NCBI RefSeq assembly: GCF_963921235.1 | Contig: NC_086109.1 | Location: 35,156,001 to 35,220,000 of the forward strand | Length of the DNA: 64,000 nucleotides | Source of the DNA: Mobula hypostoma | Lineage: Eukaryota | Direction of reading: 5' to 3' | Shown: one piece after another, positions 50,344-63,785 of the stretch | How positions within the stretch are numbered: position 1 is the first letter of the stretch | Layout of the letters: every line of letters begins with the position of its first letter | Position numbers and translations under genes: made by a program | Notes under the pieces: model-generated | What the model was told of the DNA's origin: nothing | Databases searched by the model: none | Seen by the model: the letters and a program-made list of their open reading frames with translations, nothing else

Positions 50344-51216
50344 AGATGATAGAGAGGTTGTGGGGGCTTTCACTCAAATCTATGAAATTTAATATACATG
50401 TACTGAAAGCAATTAAGAGGGTAAAAGGCAAATTTTTATTGCAAGAACTGAGATTCAGTGCAAGAATAGAGGCATATTGTCTAGTTATTCTGAGGATTGA
50501 TGAAGTTGTACTTGAAATATTGTGTACAAGTCTGGTCTCTGACTGTTAGATGCTTATGCTACAGAGAGTTCAGTAAAGATTCACCTTTCCAGTGAAATTT
50601 AATCCCATAATCTCCTCTTGCCTGTCAGTGTCTGAAATAGTGATCTGTGTGGATTTTTCAATGAAACACTAGCAATAATGGGTGCTCTTTGACTGCTGCA
50701 AATGATTCTGCCATCTCTACACATTGTGCAGATAACTCCTACAGTACCTGTGGGTAAATGGTGGCAACTTAGAGCTCTCTTTCATTCCGACAGTGCTGTT
50801 TCATTTCCCAGACATTCGTAGAGTGTATTTTACACTATCCGAATGTTAGGCCTGCAAATCCATAGATTTATAGGGAGAAGTGTGATGGAAAATGTCCAGT
50901 CAAACCCAGATGCAGTTTTGGTTCAATTCTTGATCCAATGAATGATCATCATTTGCAGCTGCTACCCAATGTTCCATTGATTTGAAAGGTGATTATGCAG
51001 GGCCTTCCTCGCCTCACATTGTAATGATGAAGAATATTCATGTAGTTGCAAGGCCACTTGATGCCTTCCATGAACTTATTTTTCCTGGGTAAGCCCTTGT
51101 AACAAATTTGATGAAATTGAAAACTGCATTGATAGCTTCACGCTACTGTTTCTGGGAGGAAATAATAGTAATATCCTGTAAACCTTTATTAGATGCCATC
51201 TGTCTGCACTCTACAG

Positions 51217-51434
51217 CAGTGGTTCCCAACCACCAGACACAAAAATGTGCTACCGGGCTATGAAGAAACAATATGATTTGGCGATATGAAATGATATGAG
51301 TCAGCTGCACCTTTTTTCATTCCCTGTCACGCATTGTTGAACTTGAACACCTCCCCCCCACACCGTCGGCCCGTCTGCAAGGATATCGTCAATATTAAAC
51401 AGGTCCGCGGTACAAAAAATGTTGTGGACCCCTG
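51217..51434. mobile_element. hAT (Charlie/Buster-type) MITE, 218 bp
   Basis: TIRs cagtggttcccaac / gttgtggacccctg; TSD ctctacag/ctctaaag. Confidence 0.8.
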
Positions 51435-52231
51435 CTCTAAAGGTGCAAGTTATAGAGCGGAGACTGTTCTTGCAATATATTAATGGCTTGAATTTTCCAA
51501 ATGTGTTAGAAGGGTTGAATATTATGGACTCACTGGAAATCTTTCCAGAATCCAAACTGTGGTCTTTTTGTTAATGTAATGGTAAAATAAAGAGAGATCC
51601 ATCTTCATGAAGTGCTCTTAATTTTGGTCTTCACTGAGTAAACAATACCGTGACTCAGTATTTGATTTTGCCACCTACGGTTAGTTGCAGCTAAGTGAAA
51701 TAGGGAGAAGCGAGAAAGAAGCTTTTGAGGATGACCCAAACGCAGAAGGTCTACATGATGGGGTTAAGTGAGGACTATATTCGTGCGGGGGAGGGGAGGC
51801 TGAAGAAAGGACAAGAGCTTTGAGGAGCGTGGGAACTTAAGTCATGAGCTGGTGAGATGGAAAGCTATTGTGAATTTGGACGAATGTATTGAGCCAATGG
51901 AATGTAGCCATCATGTGAAGGGGACCTAACTGAGGTGGGTTCCTATTACTGCATCTCAACACCTTGAGTCTTTTCCCTTTCTCTGTGCTGTATGCCACTG
52001 AACATTTCCGAGCAACACCATAAGTTAGTACTTCAGGCGCATGGAGGGATAATTGTACTCACTTCCTTGACCTTATTGTCTCAAAGCATTCAGCCCAGTC
52101 AGTCAGACCTGACCTTTCTAGTAGAAACCCATACTGATTGTCCAAAAAGAAATAACATTGCTCTTTGTAATTCCTGGGCTATCAATGTAACTTCCTGAAC
52201 CAGTACAAGTGTGGATTACATCATAGATGTA

Positions 52232-52773
52232 CACTCAATGGCCACTTTATGAGGTAGAGGAGTGGAACGCACTGAGGTCTTATGCTGCAGTCTGTCCACT
52301 TCATGGTTTGATGTGTTGTGCACTAAGAGAAGCTCCTTTGCACACCACTGTTGTAATGTGTGGTTATTTGAGTTATTCTCATCTTCCTGTCAGCTTGAAC
52401 CAGTCTGGCCATTCTCCTCTGACCTCGCTCATTAAAAAGATGTTTTAGCCCACAGAACTGCCACTCACTGAATTTTTTTTTGCTTTTTGGACCATTCTTT
52501 ATAAACCCTAGATACTTTTGTGTGTGAAAATCCCAGGAGATCAGTAGTTTCTGAGATACTCAAACCACTCCATCTGGCACCAACAATCATTACACAGCCA
52601 AAGCCTAGTCACTTTGATCACAATTCTTCCCCATTCTGATTGTTGGTCTGAACAACAGGTGGAACCGTTAAACATGTCTGCATGCTTTAATAGATTGAGC
52701 TGCTGCCACAGGATTAGCTGATTAGGTATTTGCATTAATGACCAAGCGTAGCTAATAAAGTGGCCACTGAGTG
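52232..52773. mobile_element. Tc1/mariner non-autonomous element (same family as 38446)
   Basis: TA + cactcaatggccactttat ... ataaagtggccactgagtg TIRs; internal sequence matches 38446-39073. Confidence 0.8.
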
Positions 52774-53231
52774 CCTGTTGAATAATACTTCAGCCACGGT
52801 TTATACAGTTTCCTGATTCCATGGAGTGCAAAATGCAGCAGAGCTACGTGGGGGACAAAAAGGCCTGAGAACAGCACATGTAACTTGCAGAGGCAGGTGC
52901 ATTCTATCCTAATGAACAACTGAACAGCAAACGATAAAATAACCAATAAAAAAAATGTGAAATTGCCTTTTGGCAGTTTGAACTTTTCTGGAGGAGTAAT
53001 AACTGGCACTATAAAGCAATCGCAGGAGAAGAGAAATGGCATTTTAAATCTTTCACTCACTATGTTTCAGAACTTTTAATTTTCATTTTTCAGATAACCT
53101 TTCTGTCTTGCCCGTAGACAAAAAGTGAGAGTGAATTACAGACTTATCTGTAAACAAGAGGTCTGTTAAAGGTTAAGAGCTCGAGATTATAGCTAGTAGG
53201 TCAATTCGGGGCTGAAGCCTAGGGGCTGGAC

Positions 53232-53950
53232 ACCATGGTGGTGTAGCAGTTAGAATGATGCTATTACAGCTCCAGGCATTCCGCAGTTTGGAGTTCAATT
53301 CTGGCACTGTTCTGTAAGGAGTCTCTGTATGTCTTCACTGTAGAGTGCATGCATTGGTTTTCTCCGGGTGGTTCAGTTTCCTCCCACATTTCAAAGATGT
53401 AAATTGACCCGTGATTAGTTTAGGGTTAATCGTGGTTGTGAAGTTGCTGAGGCAGCATGTCTCTAAAGGCTGGAAAGGCCTACGCTGCACTGTAGCGCCA
53501 AGTAACTAAATAAATAACGAAGATTCATTAAAAGTGAATTTTATAACATCACGTTGCTTTTATGAATTGTGCTTATACTGAATATACATGCTCTACTTTG
53601 TTTTTAATATCTGAGGTGATATGCGATGTAATGAGTTATTACAATTCTCCAATAATACCTCAGAAACAGGCCCTTTGGCCCATCTAGTTCATGCTTGAAA
53701 AATTTTGCTAATCCCATTTTTTTCTCTACACATTACCAACAACTCCTCTTAGATTCTACCACTCAGTTACATATTAGAGACAATTCACAATGTCCAATTA
53801 ACCTACCAATTTGCATGAGTTTAAGATATGTGAGGAAATTCAAGCACCTGGGAGGAAACCATGGAGTCACAGGGAGTACATGCGGACTCCACGCAGAGTC
53901 ACTGTGAACCTGGGTTACTGGAACAATGAGACAACAGCTTTAATAGCTGT
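53232..53950. mobile_element. V-domain SINE (plus, ~53232-53515) and a degraded inverted copy (~53720-53950)
   Basis: tggtgtagcagttag, gagttcaattc and ggttttctccgggtggttcagtttcctcccac. Confidence 0.65.
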
Positions 53951-54129
53951 GCCCTTCTGATGTATGCATTCAAAAATTAGAAATATGTATTCACTGCAAC
54001 TTGATCATGGCAAAAACAATGATAAATGATTAAGGCTAAGGAATGCTATGGCGTAACGTTTTCTGAAATAAAGCTTGGTTAACTAAAATTAGTGACTTAC
54101 CATGTGGATTGTGCACTGTGTAAATTTTT

Positions 54130-54722
54130 ATAAACACCAGAGGTTCTGCAGATGCTGGAGATCTTGAGCAGCACACACAAAATATTGGAGAAACTCAGCA
54201 AGTCAGGCAGCACCTGTGGAGGGGGATAAACAGTTGATGATTTGGTCCAAGACCCTTTATCAGGACTGGAAAGGAAGGGGGCAGAAGCCAAAATAAGAAG
54301 TTGGGGGAAGGGGAAGGAGTACAATCTGGCATCTATAGGTGAGACCAGTTCAGTGGGGAGGTGGGTGGGTGGAGGAGGGGGATGAAGTAAGAAGCTGGCA
54401 GCTGATAGGTGGATAAAATAAAGGGCTGAAGAAGAAGTAATCTAATCCGAGAGAACTGCAAATCATGGAAGAAAGGGATAGAGGAAGGAAACAAGTCAGA
54501 GTGATGGGCAGATGAAGAACAGAAAAGAGGTAGATTGTAATCAGATTGGGGAATGAAAAAGGGTGGGTGGGGAAGAATTACCAGAAGTAGAAAAAGTACG
54601 TTCATGCCATTTGGTTAGAGGCTACCCAGATGGAATATAAGGTGTTGCTTCTCTAACCTGAATTTGGCCTGATTGTGGCAGTAGAAAAGGCCATCAACAG
54701 ACATGTCAGAATGAGAATGGGA
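54130..54722 (-). mobile_element. Penelope-like 3' end fragment
   Basis: Collinear with 33490-34070 (terminal repeat, purine-rich tract, gaggctaccc...ggaatataagg). Confidence 0.75.
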
Positions 54723-54726
54723 AGAA

Positions 54727-54959
54727 TCTTCTTCTTAGGCATCCGTTAGTCTCGTGAGACCATGGATTTGTGCCATGGAAGGTTTCCAGAGCGCAGGCTT
54801 GGGCAAGGTTGTATGGAAGACTGGCAGTTGCCCATGCTGCAAGTCTCCCCTCTCCATGCCACCGATGTTGTCCAAGGGAAGGGCAGTAGGACCCATACAG
54901 CTTGGCACCGGTGTCGTCGCAGAGCAATGTATTGTTAAGTGCCTTGCTCAAGGACACAA
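54727..54959 (-). mobile_element. CORE-type SINE body and tail
   Basis: Reverse-strand gtgtccttgagcaaggcacttaac and an (aag)n tail; complements the head seen at 36963. Confidence 0.65.
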
Positions 54960-55087
54960 TTATAGAAGTTCTTATTATAGAATAAGAATTTTTTATGAAT
55001 TGTCTGAATTTTATGTGTCTGATATGCAAACATAAGGAAGCACCTGGACAAAACCAGTGATATCCGAGAACGTCTCTGGATCGTATT

Positions 55088-56572
55088 TCAGAATCAGAAT
55101 CAGAATCAGGTTTATTATCACCAGCATGTGACGTGAAATTTGTTAACAGCAGCAGCAGTTCAATGCAATGCATAATATAGAAGAAGAAAAAAAAGTAATA
55201 AAATAAAAATAAGTAAGTAAATCAATTACAGTTCGTGTATATTGAATAGATTAAAAATCGTTCAAAAAGCTGAAATACTATATATTAAAAAAAGTGAGGC
55301 AGAGTCCAAGGGTTCAATGTCCTTTTAGGAAGCGGATGGCAGAGGGAAAGAAGCTGTTCCTGAATCACTGAGTGTGTGCCTCCAGACTTCTGTACCTCCT
55401 ACCTGATGGTAACAGTGAGAAAAGGGCATGCCCTGGGTGCTGGAGGTCCTTAATAATCGATGCTGTCTTTCTGACACACCGCTTCCTGAAGATGTCCTGG
55501 GTACTTTATAGGCTAGTACCCAAGATGGAGCTGACTAGATTTACAACCCTCTGCAACTTCTGTCAGTCCTATGCAGTAGCCCCTCCATACCAGACAGTGA
55601 TGCAGCCTGTCAGAATGCTCTCCATGTTATATCTATAGAAGTTTTTGAGTGTATTTGTTGACATACCAAATCTCTTCAAACTCCTAATGAAGTATAGCCA
55701 CTGTCTTGTCTTCTTTATAACTTCATTGATATGTTGGGACCAGGTTTGGTTCTCAGAGATCTTGACACCCAGGAACTCGAAACTGCTCACTCTCTCCACT
55801 TCTGATCCCTCTATGAGGATTGGTATATGTTTCTTCCGGAAGTCCACAATCAGCTCTTTCATCTTCGTGACGTTGAGTGCCAGATTGTTGCTGCGACACC
55901 ACTCTACTTGTTGGTGTATCTCATTCCTGTACGCCCTCTCGTCACCACCTGAGCTTCTATCAACAATGGTTGTTACCATCAGCAAATTTATAGATGGTAT
56001 TTGAGCTATGCCTAGCCACACAGACATGTGTATATAGAGAGTAGAGCAGTGGGCTAAGCACACACCGCTGTGGTGCACCAGTATTGATCATCAGTGAGGA
56101 GGATATGTTATCACCAATCCATATAGACTGTGGTCTTCCAGTTAGGAAGTCAAGGAACCACTTGCAGAGGGAGATACAGAGGTCCAGGGTCTGTAACTTC
56201 TCAAGAAGGATTGCATGAATGATGGTATTAAATGCTGTGCTATAGTCAATGAACAGCATCCTGACATAGGTGTTTATGTTGTCCAGGTGGTCTAAAGCTG
56301 TGTGGAGAGCCACTGAGATTGCATCTGCTGTTGATCTATTGTGGCAATTGACAAATTGCAATGGATTCAGGTCCTTGTTGAGGCGGGGGTTCAGTATAGT
56401 CATGACCAACCTCTCAAAGCATTTCATCACTGTAGATGTGAGTGCTACCAGGCCATAGTCATTAAAGCAGCTCACATTATTCTTCTTAGGTACTGGTATA
56501 ATTGTTGCCTTTTTGAAGCAAGTGGGAACTTCCGCCAGTAGTAGTGACAGGTTGAAAATGTCCTTGAATACT
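55088..56572 (-). mobile_element. Rex1/Babar LINE RT and 3' end, relatively young
   Basis: ORFs 55960-56583 and 55569-56078 contain [34 protein letters not shown] and FLGVKIS; (tctgat)n tail at 55088. Confidence 0.9.
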
Positions 56573-57369
56573 GAGTTTTTCATTCATGAGTGTGCACCCT
56601 ATGAATGGTGAAGCCCACTCACATACAAGCATGCCTTAATGTCCAGCATGCGGCCTGCCTTATTGTGAGTTAAAGGGTATCTGCATGAGTAGGTCACAGC
56701 CAGAGGTATCAGCTTCCAGGAAGTGGGTTCAAGTGGATTAAATTTTCAGAAAAACTTCAATTATCTGGACAATTCCCTCATTACTTAAACATTACAACTC
56801 AACTCTAGCAGTTAATAATATGAAACACATCTGGTCTTTTCTGTTAGATGCATGTTTAGTGCAGGTTTGAGTTTTGTAACAGTGGATTGTATGGAAAATA
56901 TTAATTGGCTTGCTGCACAGCATCCATTTAACACAACTTTTCAAACTGAAAAATTTTCCATCCCAAAATATTTTAGTCAAATTTAAATCAAATTACCTTT
57001 ATTAGGGGGACCAGTTTGTTGATATATTAGATATTTTCACAGCCTCTTTGACTAAAACTGGGTTCAATAATTTATTAGCCTCACTTTATTTCCAATCAGG
57101 CCCACAACTCAAAATGGTAGTAAGTTCATACTGCCTCCTCTTCATTTCACGTTGTCTGTAGGTACAAATGGGCCTATTAGCAATGAGTCAACAGTGCCTC
57201 AGTGACAATTAAAATTTATTTTAGGTTTACAGTTACAATTCGTGATAATAGTCAACACTTAGCACACTCAAAGTACCACCTTTATTTTGTGAACTGAATT
57301 CAGAAGTTACTTTAAATGTGTCACTTTTTTTTAAAATGTTGGTAAAGGGAATTTTGTGTGAATGTGTGA

Positions 57370-58160
57370 AGTACTTACAGTTTCTCTGTCTCCACTACAT
57401 TTGCTCACAAGATCAGGCTTTCTATTCCAGAGAAAGAAATGTCCTTTTACAGGAAGCATAGATTCCCTTCTGCTGTGATTGATGGAGACCGATCTCACAT
57501 CTCTTTTCCTCATACTCCAGGTCTCACTCTGCCTCCTCCTGGACAGAATGAAGATAGGGTTCACCTGATCTTTAACTTTCACCTTATGTGTCTTTGTATC
57601 CAGCATATCATCCTTCATCATTTCTGCTAACTGTAATAGATCCCACCACCAACCAGATCTTCTCTCCAGCCCTGTCCAATTTTCTCAGGGACCAGTCCAT
57701 TTGTTCTTCCTCACACATTCTTCCATTATCCTTGGCACTTCCCCCTGCTCGCACAGTAGACTTTCCATTAGACCTCCTTCCTCATGGCAATCCAGGGACC
57801 TAGGCTGTCCTTCCAGGTGAGACAAATATTCACACACATCTTTTCCCCAATTTGTACCATCTATTTTTTTTAAACTTTCTTTTACCTCTTTTTCTGCTTC
57901 CAACTATCATTCACCAGTCCCAGTCTTCCAGCTTCACCCTGCTCACTCACGTATTTGACACTACCTGCCTGTCATCTCACACCCGCACATCAGTCCACAA
58001 ATGACCTCCGAATCCTTTCTCGCCACACCACTTCTCCTCTATGCTGGCCACCTCACCTCTCCACTGTCATTCCTAATGTAAATTTTCAACCTGAAATACC
58101 TTTCCTCGCATGTTTGCTTCATGACCCACAGAGTTTCTTGAGCACATTGTTTGTTGCTGT
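57370..58160 (+). mobile_element. Highly degraded Penelope-like fragment
   Basis: FYRKHRFPSAVI...QNEDRVHL...IQHIILHHF and the gtccttccaggtgagaca motif. Confidence 0.6.
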
Positions 58161-58722
58161 GCTAAGTGCTTGTCTGGGTTTATCACCAACGGCACTCCAC
58201 GTACTTACAGTGAAGGAATAAAGGTGAGAGCTATTTTCTAAATGGGAGCGAATTCAGAAAACAGATGTGCAAAGGGACTTGAAAGTTCTAGTTTAGGATT
58301 TCTTCATGGTTAACTTGCTGATTAAGTTGATGGTAAGGAAAGAAAATACAACGTTAGCATTCATTCCAAGAGGATTAAACTCTTAAAGGAAGGCTATAAT
58401 GCTAGGGCTCTATAATGCATTGGAGTACTCCATCCAGTGATCTGGGCCCCATATCTAGGAAAGGTTGGGCTGGCGTTGGAGAGTGTCTAGAAGAGATTTA
58501 CGAGAATGATCCTAGGAGTGAGAATATCAACATATGAGCAGCGCCTGATGGCTCTGGGTTTATATCTGTTTAAAATGTGGAGAATGATAGGGGATCTTGA
58601 TTGTAGATGGAGACACACACATCCAAACTTGGTAGAAAGACATTTGGCATGTGAGGAAGTGAAACAGTGAATGCAGGATATCTAGCTTCTAATTTAATCC
58701 TGTGTCTGGTAAATAAATGTTT

Positions 58723-61700
58723 ACATAGAAACATAGAAACATAGAAAATAGGTGCATGAGTAGGCCATTCGGCCCTTCGAGCCTGCACCGCCATTCAGTA
58801 TGATCATGGCTGATCATCCAACTCAGAACCCTGTACCAGCCTTCCCTCCATACCCCCTGATCCCTTTAGCCACAAGGGCCATATCTAACTCCCTCTTAAA
58901 TATAGCCAATGAACTGGCCTCAACTGTTTCCTGTGGTAGAGAATTCCACAGATTCACCACTCTCTGTGTGAAGAAGTTTTTCCTAATCTCGGTACTAAAA
59001 GTCTTCCCCTTTATCCTCAAACTGTGACCCCTCGTTCTGGACTTCCCCAACATCAGGAACAATCTTCCTGCATCTAGCCTGTCCAATCCATTTAGGATTT
59101 TATACTTTTCAATCGGATCCCCTCTCAATCTTCTAAATTCCAACGAGTATAAGCCTAGTTCATCCAGTCTTTCATCATATGAAAGTCCTGCCATCCCAGG
59201 AACCAATCTGGTGAACCTTCTTTGTACTCCCTCTATGGCAAGGATGTCTTTCCTCAGATTAGGGGACCAAAACTGCACACAATACTCCAGGTGTGGTCTC
59301 ACCAAGGCCTTGTACAACTGCAGTAGTACCTCCCTGCTCCTGTACTCGAATTCTCTTGCTATGAATGACAGCATACCATTTGCCTTTTTCACCGCCTGCT
59401 GTACCTGCATACCCACTTTCAATGACTGGTGTATAATGACACCCAGGTCTCGTTGCACCTCCCCTTTTCCTAATTGGCCACCATTCAGATAATAATCTCT
59501 TTTCTTGTTTTTGCCACCAAAGTGGATAACTTCACATTTATCCACATTAAATTGCATCTGCCATGTATTTGCCCACTCACCTAACCTATCCAAGTCACCC
59601 TGCATCCTCTTAGCATCCTCCTCACAGCTAACACTGCCGCCCAGCTTTGTATCATCCGCAAACTTGGAGATGCTGCATTTAATTCCCTCATCCATGTCAT
59701 TAATATATATTGTAAACAACTGGGGTCCCAGCACTGAGCCTTGCGGTAACCCACTAGTCACTGCCTGCCATTCTGAAAAGGTCCCGTTTATTCCCACTCT
59801 TTGCTTCCTGTCTGCCAACCAATTCTCTATCCACATCAATACCTTACCCCCAATACCGTGTGCTTTAAGTTTGCACACTAATCTCCTGTGTGGGACCTTG
59901 TCAAAAGCCTTTTGAAAATCCAAATATACCACATCCACTGGTTCTCCCTTATCCACTCTAATAGTTACATCCTCAAAAAATTCTATGAGATTCGTCAGAC
60001 ATGATTTTCCTTTCAAAAATCCATGCTAACTTTGTCTGATGATTTCACTGCTTTCCAAATGTGCTGTTATCACATCTTTGATAACTGACTCTAGCAGTTT
60101 CCCCACCACCGATGTTAGGCTAACCGGTCTAGAATTCCCTGGTTTCTCTCTCCCTCCTTTTTTAAAAAGTGGGGTTACATTAACCACCCTCCAATCCTCA
60201 GGAACTAGTCCAGAATCTAAAGAGTTTTGAAAAATTATCACTAATGCATCCATTATTTCTTGGGCTACTTCCTTAAGCACTCTGGGATGCAGACCATCTG
60301 GCCCTGGGGATTTATCTGCCTTTAATCCCTTCAATTTACCTAACACCACTTCCCTACTAACATGCTTTTCCCTCAGTTCCTCCATCTCACTGGACCCTCT
60401 GTCCCCTACTATTTCCGGAAGATTATTTATGTCCTCCTTAGTGAAGACAGAACCAAAGTAATTAGTCAATTGGCCTGCCATGTCCTTGCTCCCCATAATC
60501 AATTCACCTGTTTCTGTCTGTAGAGGACCTACATTTGTCTTAACCATCTTTTTCTTTTCACATATCTATAAAGGCTTTTACAGTCAGTTTTTATGTTCCC
60601 TGCCAGTTTTCTCTCATAATCTTTTTTTTCCCTTTCCTAATTAAACCCTTTGCCCTCCTCTGCTGAACTCTGAATTTCTCCCAGTCCTCAGGTGACCCAC
60701 TTTTTCTGGCTAATTTGTATGCTTCTTCTTTGGAATTGATACTATCCCTAATTTCCCTTGTCAGCCACGGGTGCACTACCTTCCTTGTTTTATTCTTTTG
60801 TCAAACTGGGATGAACATTGTTGTAGTTCATCCATGCGATCTTTAAATGCTTGCCATTGCATATCCACCGTCAACCCTTTAAGTGTCATTTGCCAGTCTA
60901 TCTTAGCTAATTCATGTCTCATACTTTCAAAGTTACCCTTCTTGAAGTTCAGAACCTTTGTTTCTGAATTAACTATGTCACTCTCCATCTTAATGAAAAA
61001 TTCCACCATATTATGGTCACTCTTACCCAAGGGGCCTCTCACGACAAGATTGCTAATTAACCCTTCCTCATTGCTCAATACCCAGTCTAGAATAGCCTGC
61101 TCTCTAGTTGGTTCCTCGACATGTTGGTTCAAAAAACCATCCCGCATACATTCCAAGAAATCCTCTTCCTCAGCACCCTTACCAATTTGGTTCCCCCAAT
61201 CTACATGTAGATTGAAGTCACCCATTATAACTGCTGTTCCTTTATTGCACACATTTCTAATTTCCTGTTTAATACCATCCCCAACCTCACTACTACTGTT
61301 AGGTGGCCTGTACACAACTCCCACCAGCGTTTTCTGCCCCTTAGTGTTATGCAGCTCTACCCATATCGATTCCACATCCTCCCGGCTTATGTCCTTCCTT
61401 TCTATTGCGTTAATCTCCTCTCTAACCAGCAACGCCACCCCACCTCCTTTTCTTTCATGTCTATCCCTCCTGAATATTGAATATCCCTGAATGTTGAGCT
61501 CCCATCATTGGTCACCCTGGAGCCATGTCTCTGTGATCCCAACTATATCATATTCATTAATAAAAATCTGCACTTTTAATTCATCCACCTTGTTACGAAT
61601 GCTCCTTGCATTGATACACAAAGCCTTCAGGCGCGCTTTTACAACTCTTTTAGCCCTTATACTATTATGTTGAAAAGTGGGCCTTTTTGATGCTTGCCCT

Positions 61701-62407
61701 GGATTTGTCGGCCTGTCACTTTTACTTTTCACCTTACTACTTTTTGCTTCTACCCTCATTTTACACCCCTCTGTCTCTCTGTACTGGTTCCCATCCCCCT
61801 GTTGCGAACTAACCTCCTCTCGCCTAACCTCTTTAATTTGATTCCCACCCCCCATCCATTCTAGTTTAAGGTCACCTCAGTTGCCCTCGCTAATCTCCCT
61901 GCCAGGATATTGGTCCCCCTAGGATTCAAGTGTAACCCGTCCCTTTTGTACAGGTCACGCCTGCGCCAAAAGAGGTCCCAATGATCCAAAAACTTGAATC
62001 CCTGCCTCCTGCTCCAATCCCTCAGCCACACATTTATCCTCCACCTCATTGCATTCCTGCTGTCACTGTCGCGTGGAACAGGCAGTAATCCCGAGATTAC
62101 TACCTTTGTGGTGCTTTTTTTCTACTCCCTTCCTAGCTCCCTATATTCTCCTTTCAGGACCTCTTCCCTTTTCCTACCTATGTCATTGGTACCTATATGT
62201 ACCACGACCTCTGACTCCTCATTCTCCCACTTCAGGATATCTTGGACATGATCAGAAATATCCCGGACCCTGGCACCAGAGAGGCAAACTACCATCCAGG
62301 TCTCTGGACTGTGTCTACAGAATCGTTTATCTGACTCCCTTAGTATCGAGTCCCCTATTACAACTGCTCTCCTCTTCCTTTCCCTACCCTTCTGAGCTAC
62401 AGGGCTT
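58723..62407 (-). mobile_element. CR1 LINE with partial ORF1 (SGNH/GDSL esterase) and frameshifted ORF2
   Basis: ORF1 motifs VIGDSILR, HIGTNDIG and DGLHLN (62424-61861); ORF2 motifs CINARSIRNK, YRPP, GDFN, SDHN, PQGSVLGP and FADD in several frames; (catagaaa)n tail. Confidence 0.95.
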
Positions 62408-63134
62408 GTATTGTTTGAAAACAATACAGAAATGAATCATGTTTAAACCTGATTAAATATTCTTTGTGGTTCAAACCCAAATGTATTGTCCAAATACAAA
62501 TTTATTGCTCAAACTTCATATTCAGTAATGAATACAGTTATTTATTTAATCATAGAACTTGGTTTCCTGTGGATCCTAGATGATCAAGCCTAGTTATTTT
62601 GCTGATGAACTTCCAACTCTTCTGGGAGTTCTGCCCCAATTGCTGAATATTCTATCAAATAACCATGTACACCTCCCACTAAAATCTGAAACCTCCATTA
62701 ATGCAAAGTCATATTGCTTATGTAATGAAATGAGATTACCCTGGTCCAAACCTTCAGGATGTGTTGCAATGATTCTGTATTGCAAAGCATCCCTGCTTCC
62801 TTCATACAATCTAAGTGGTTGAATGCTGGACTTATTCATAGGGCTTTTTTTTTCCCACTAACTTGCCCCACCACTAGCTAACTCCAACGAAGCCATTTTT
62901 AAAAGGGCAGTGCAATTGTGAACAACTTTGACTGAAATTCTCAATTCAGAGCGGATGATGTTTCAAAGGAGATTCAAATTTGTCGTATTAATGAAATTCC
63001 TTGTCCACATGAAACTCACAGAGTATCTAGTATACAAATTAATAATCACTGCTACAATGGGTCCAAAACAGCACGATGGGGCAAAATTGCAGTGCAAACT
63101 GAACTACTGCAAACAGAAATGCAAAAGAAACATC

Positions 63135-63785
63135 TAAAGCTTTGACAATCTTCTATGGATGTGCAGTGGAGAGTATATTGACTGGCTGCATCACAGTTTG
63201 GTGTGGAAACACCCATGCCCTTGAATAGAAAATTCTACAAAAAGTAGTGGATATGACTCACTACATCATAGGTAAAGCCCTCCCAACCACTGAGCACATC
63301 TACATGAAGCACTACTGTAGGAAAGCAGCATCCATGATCGGGTTTGCCTATCACCCAGGACGTGTTCTCTTCTCATTACTGCCATCAGGAAGATTATACA
63401 GAAACCTCAGGACTCACACTACCAGGTTCAGGAACAGATACTACCCCTCAGCCATCAGGCTCTTGAACCAAAATGGATAACATCACTCAACTTCACTTGC
63501 CCCATCATTGCAATGTTCCCATAACCAATGGATTCTACATCTCATGTTCTCAATATTACTGCTTATTTATGATTATTATTATCATTTATTTCTTTTAGTA
63601 TTTGCACAATCTGCCATATTTTGCACACTGGGTGAATACCCAAGTTGATGCAGTCTTTCATTGATTCTGTTTTGATTATTATTCTATGGATTTACTAAAT
63701 ATACCCACAAGGCAGTGAATCTCAGGGTTGTATATGGTGACATATATGTACTTTGTAAATAAATTTACTTTTAACTTTAAACTTT
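63135..63785 (+). mobile_element. Rex1/Babar 3' fragment
   Basis: HIYMKHYCRKAASMI...SLLPSGRLYRNLRTHTTRFRNRYYPSAIRLLN. Confidence 0.85.

Noticed and set aside
50959..51088. Plus-strand exon-like segment ending at a strong GTAAGC donor (ATQCSIDLKGDYAGPSSPHIV...)
   Set aside because: Isolated and with no recognisable homology; cannot be supported without RNA data.
60771..61490. 239-aa plus-strand ORF and other ORFs antisense to CR1/Rex1 (e.g. 11532-11951, 59505-59915)
   Set aside because: Shadow frames of LINE ORF2; no independent evidence of coding.
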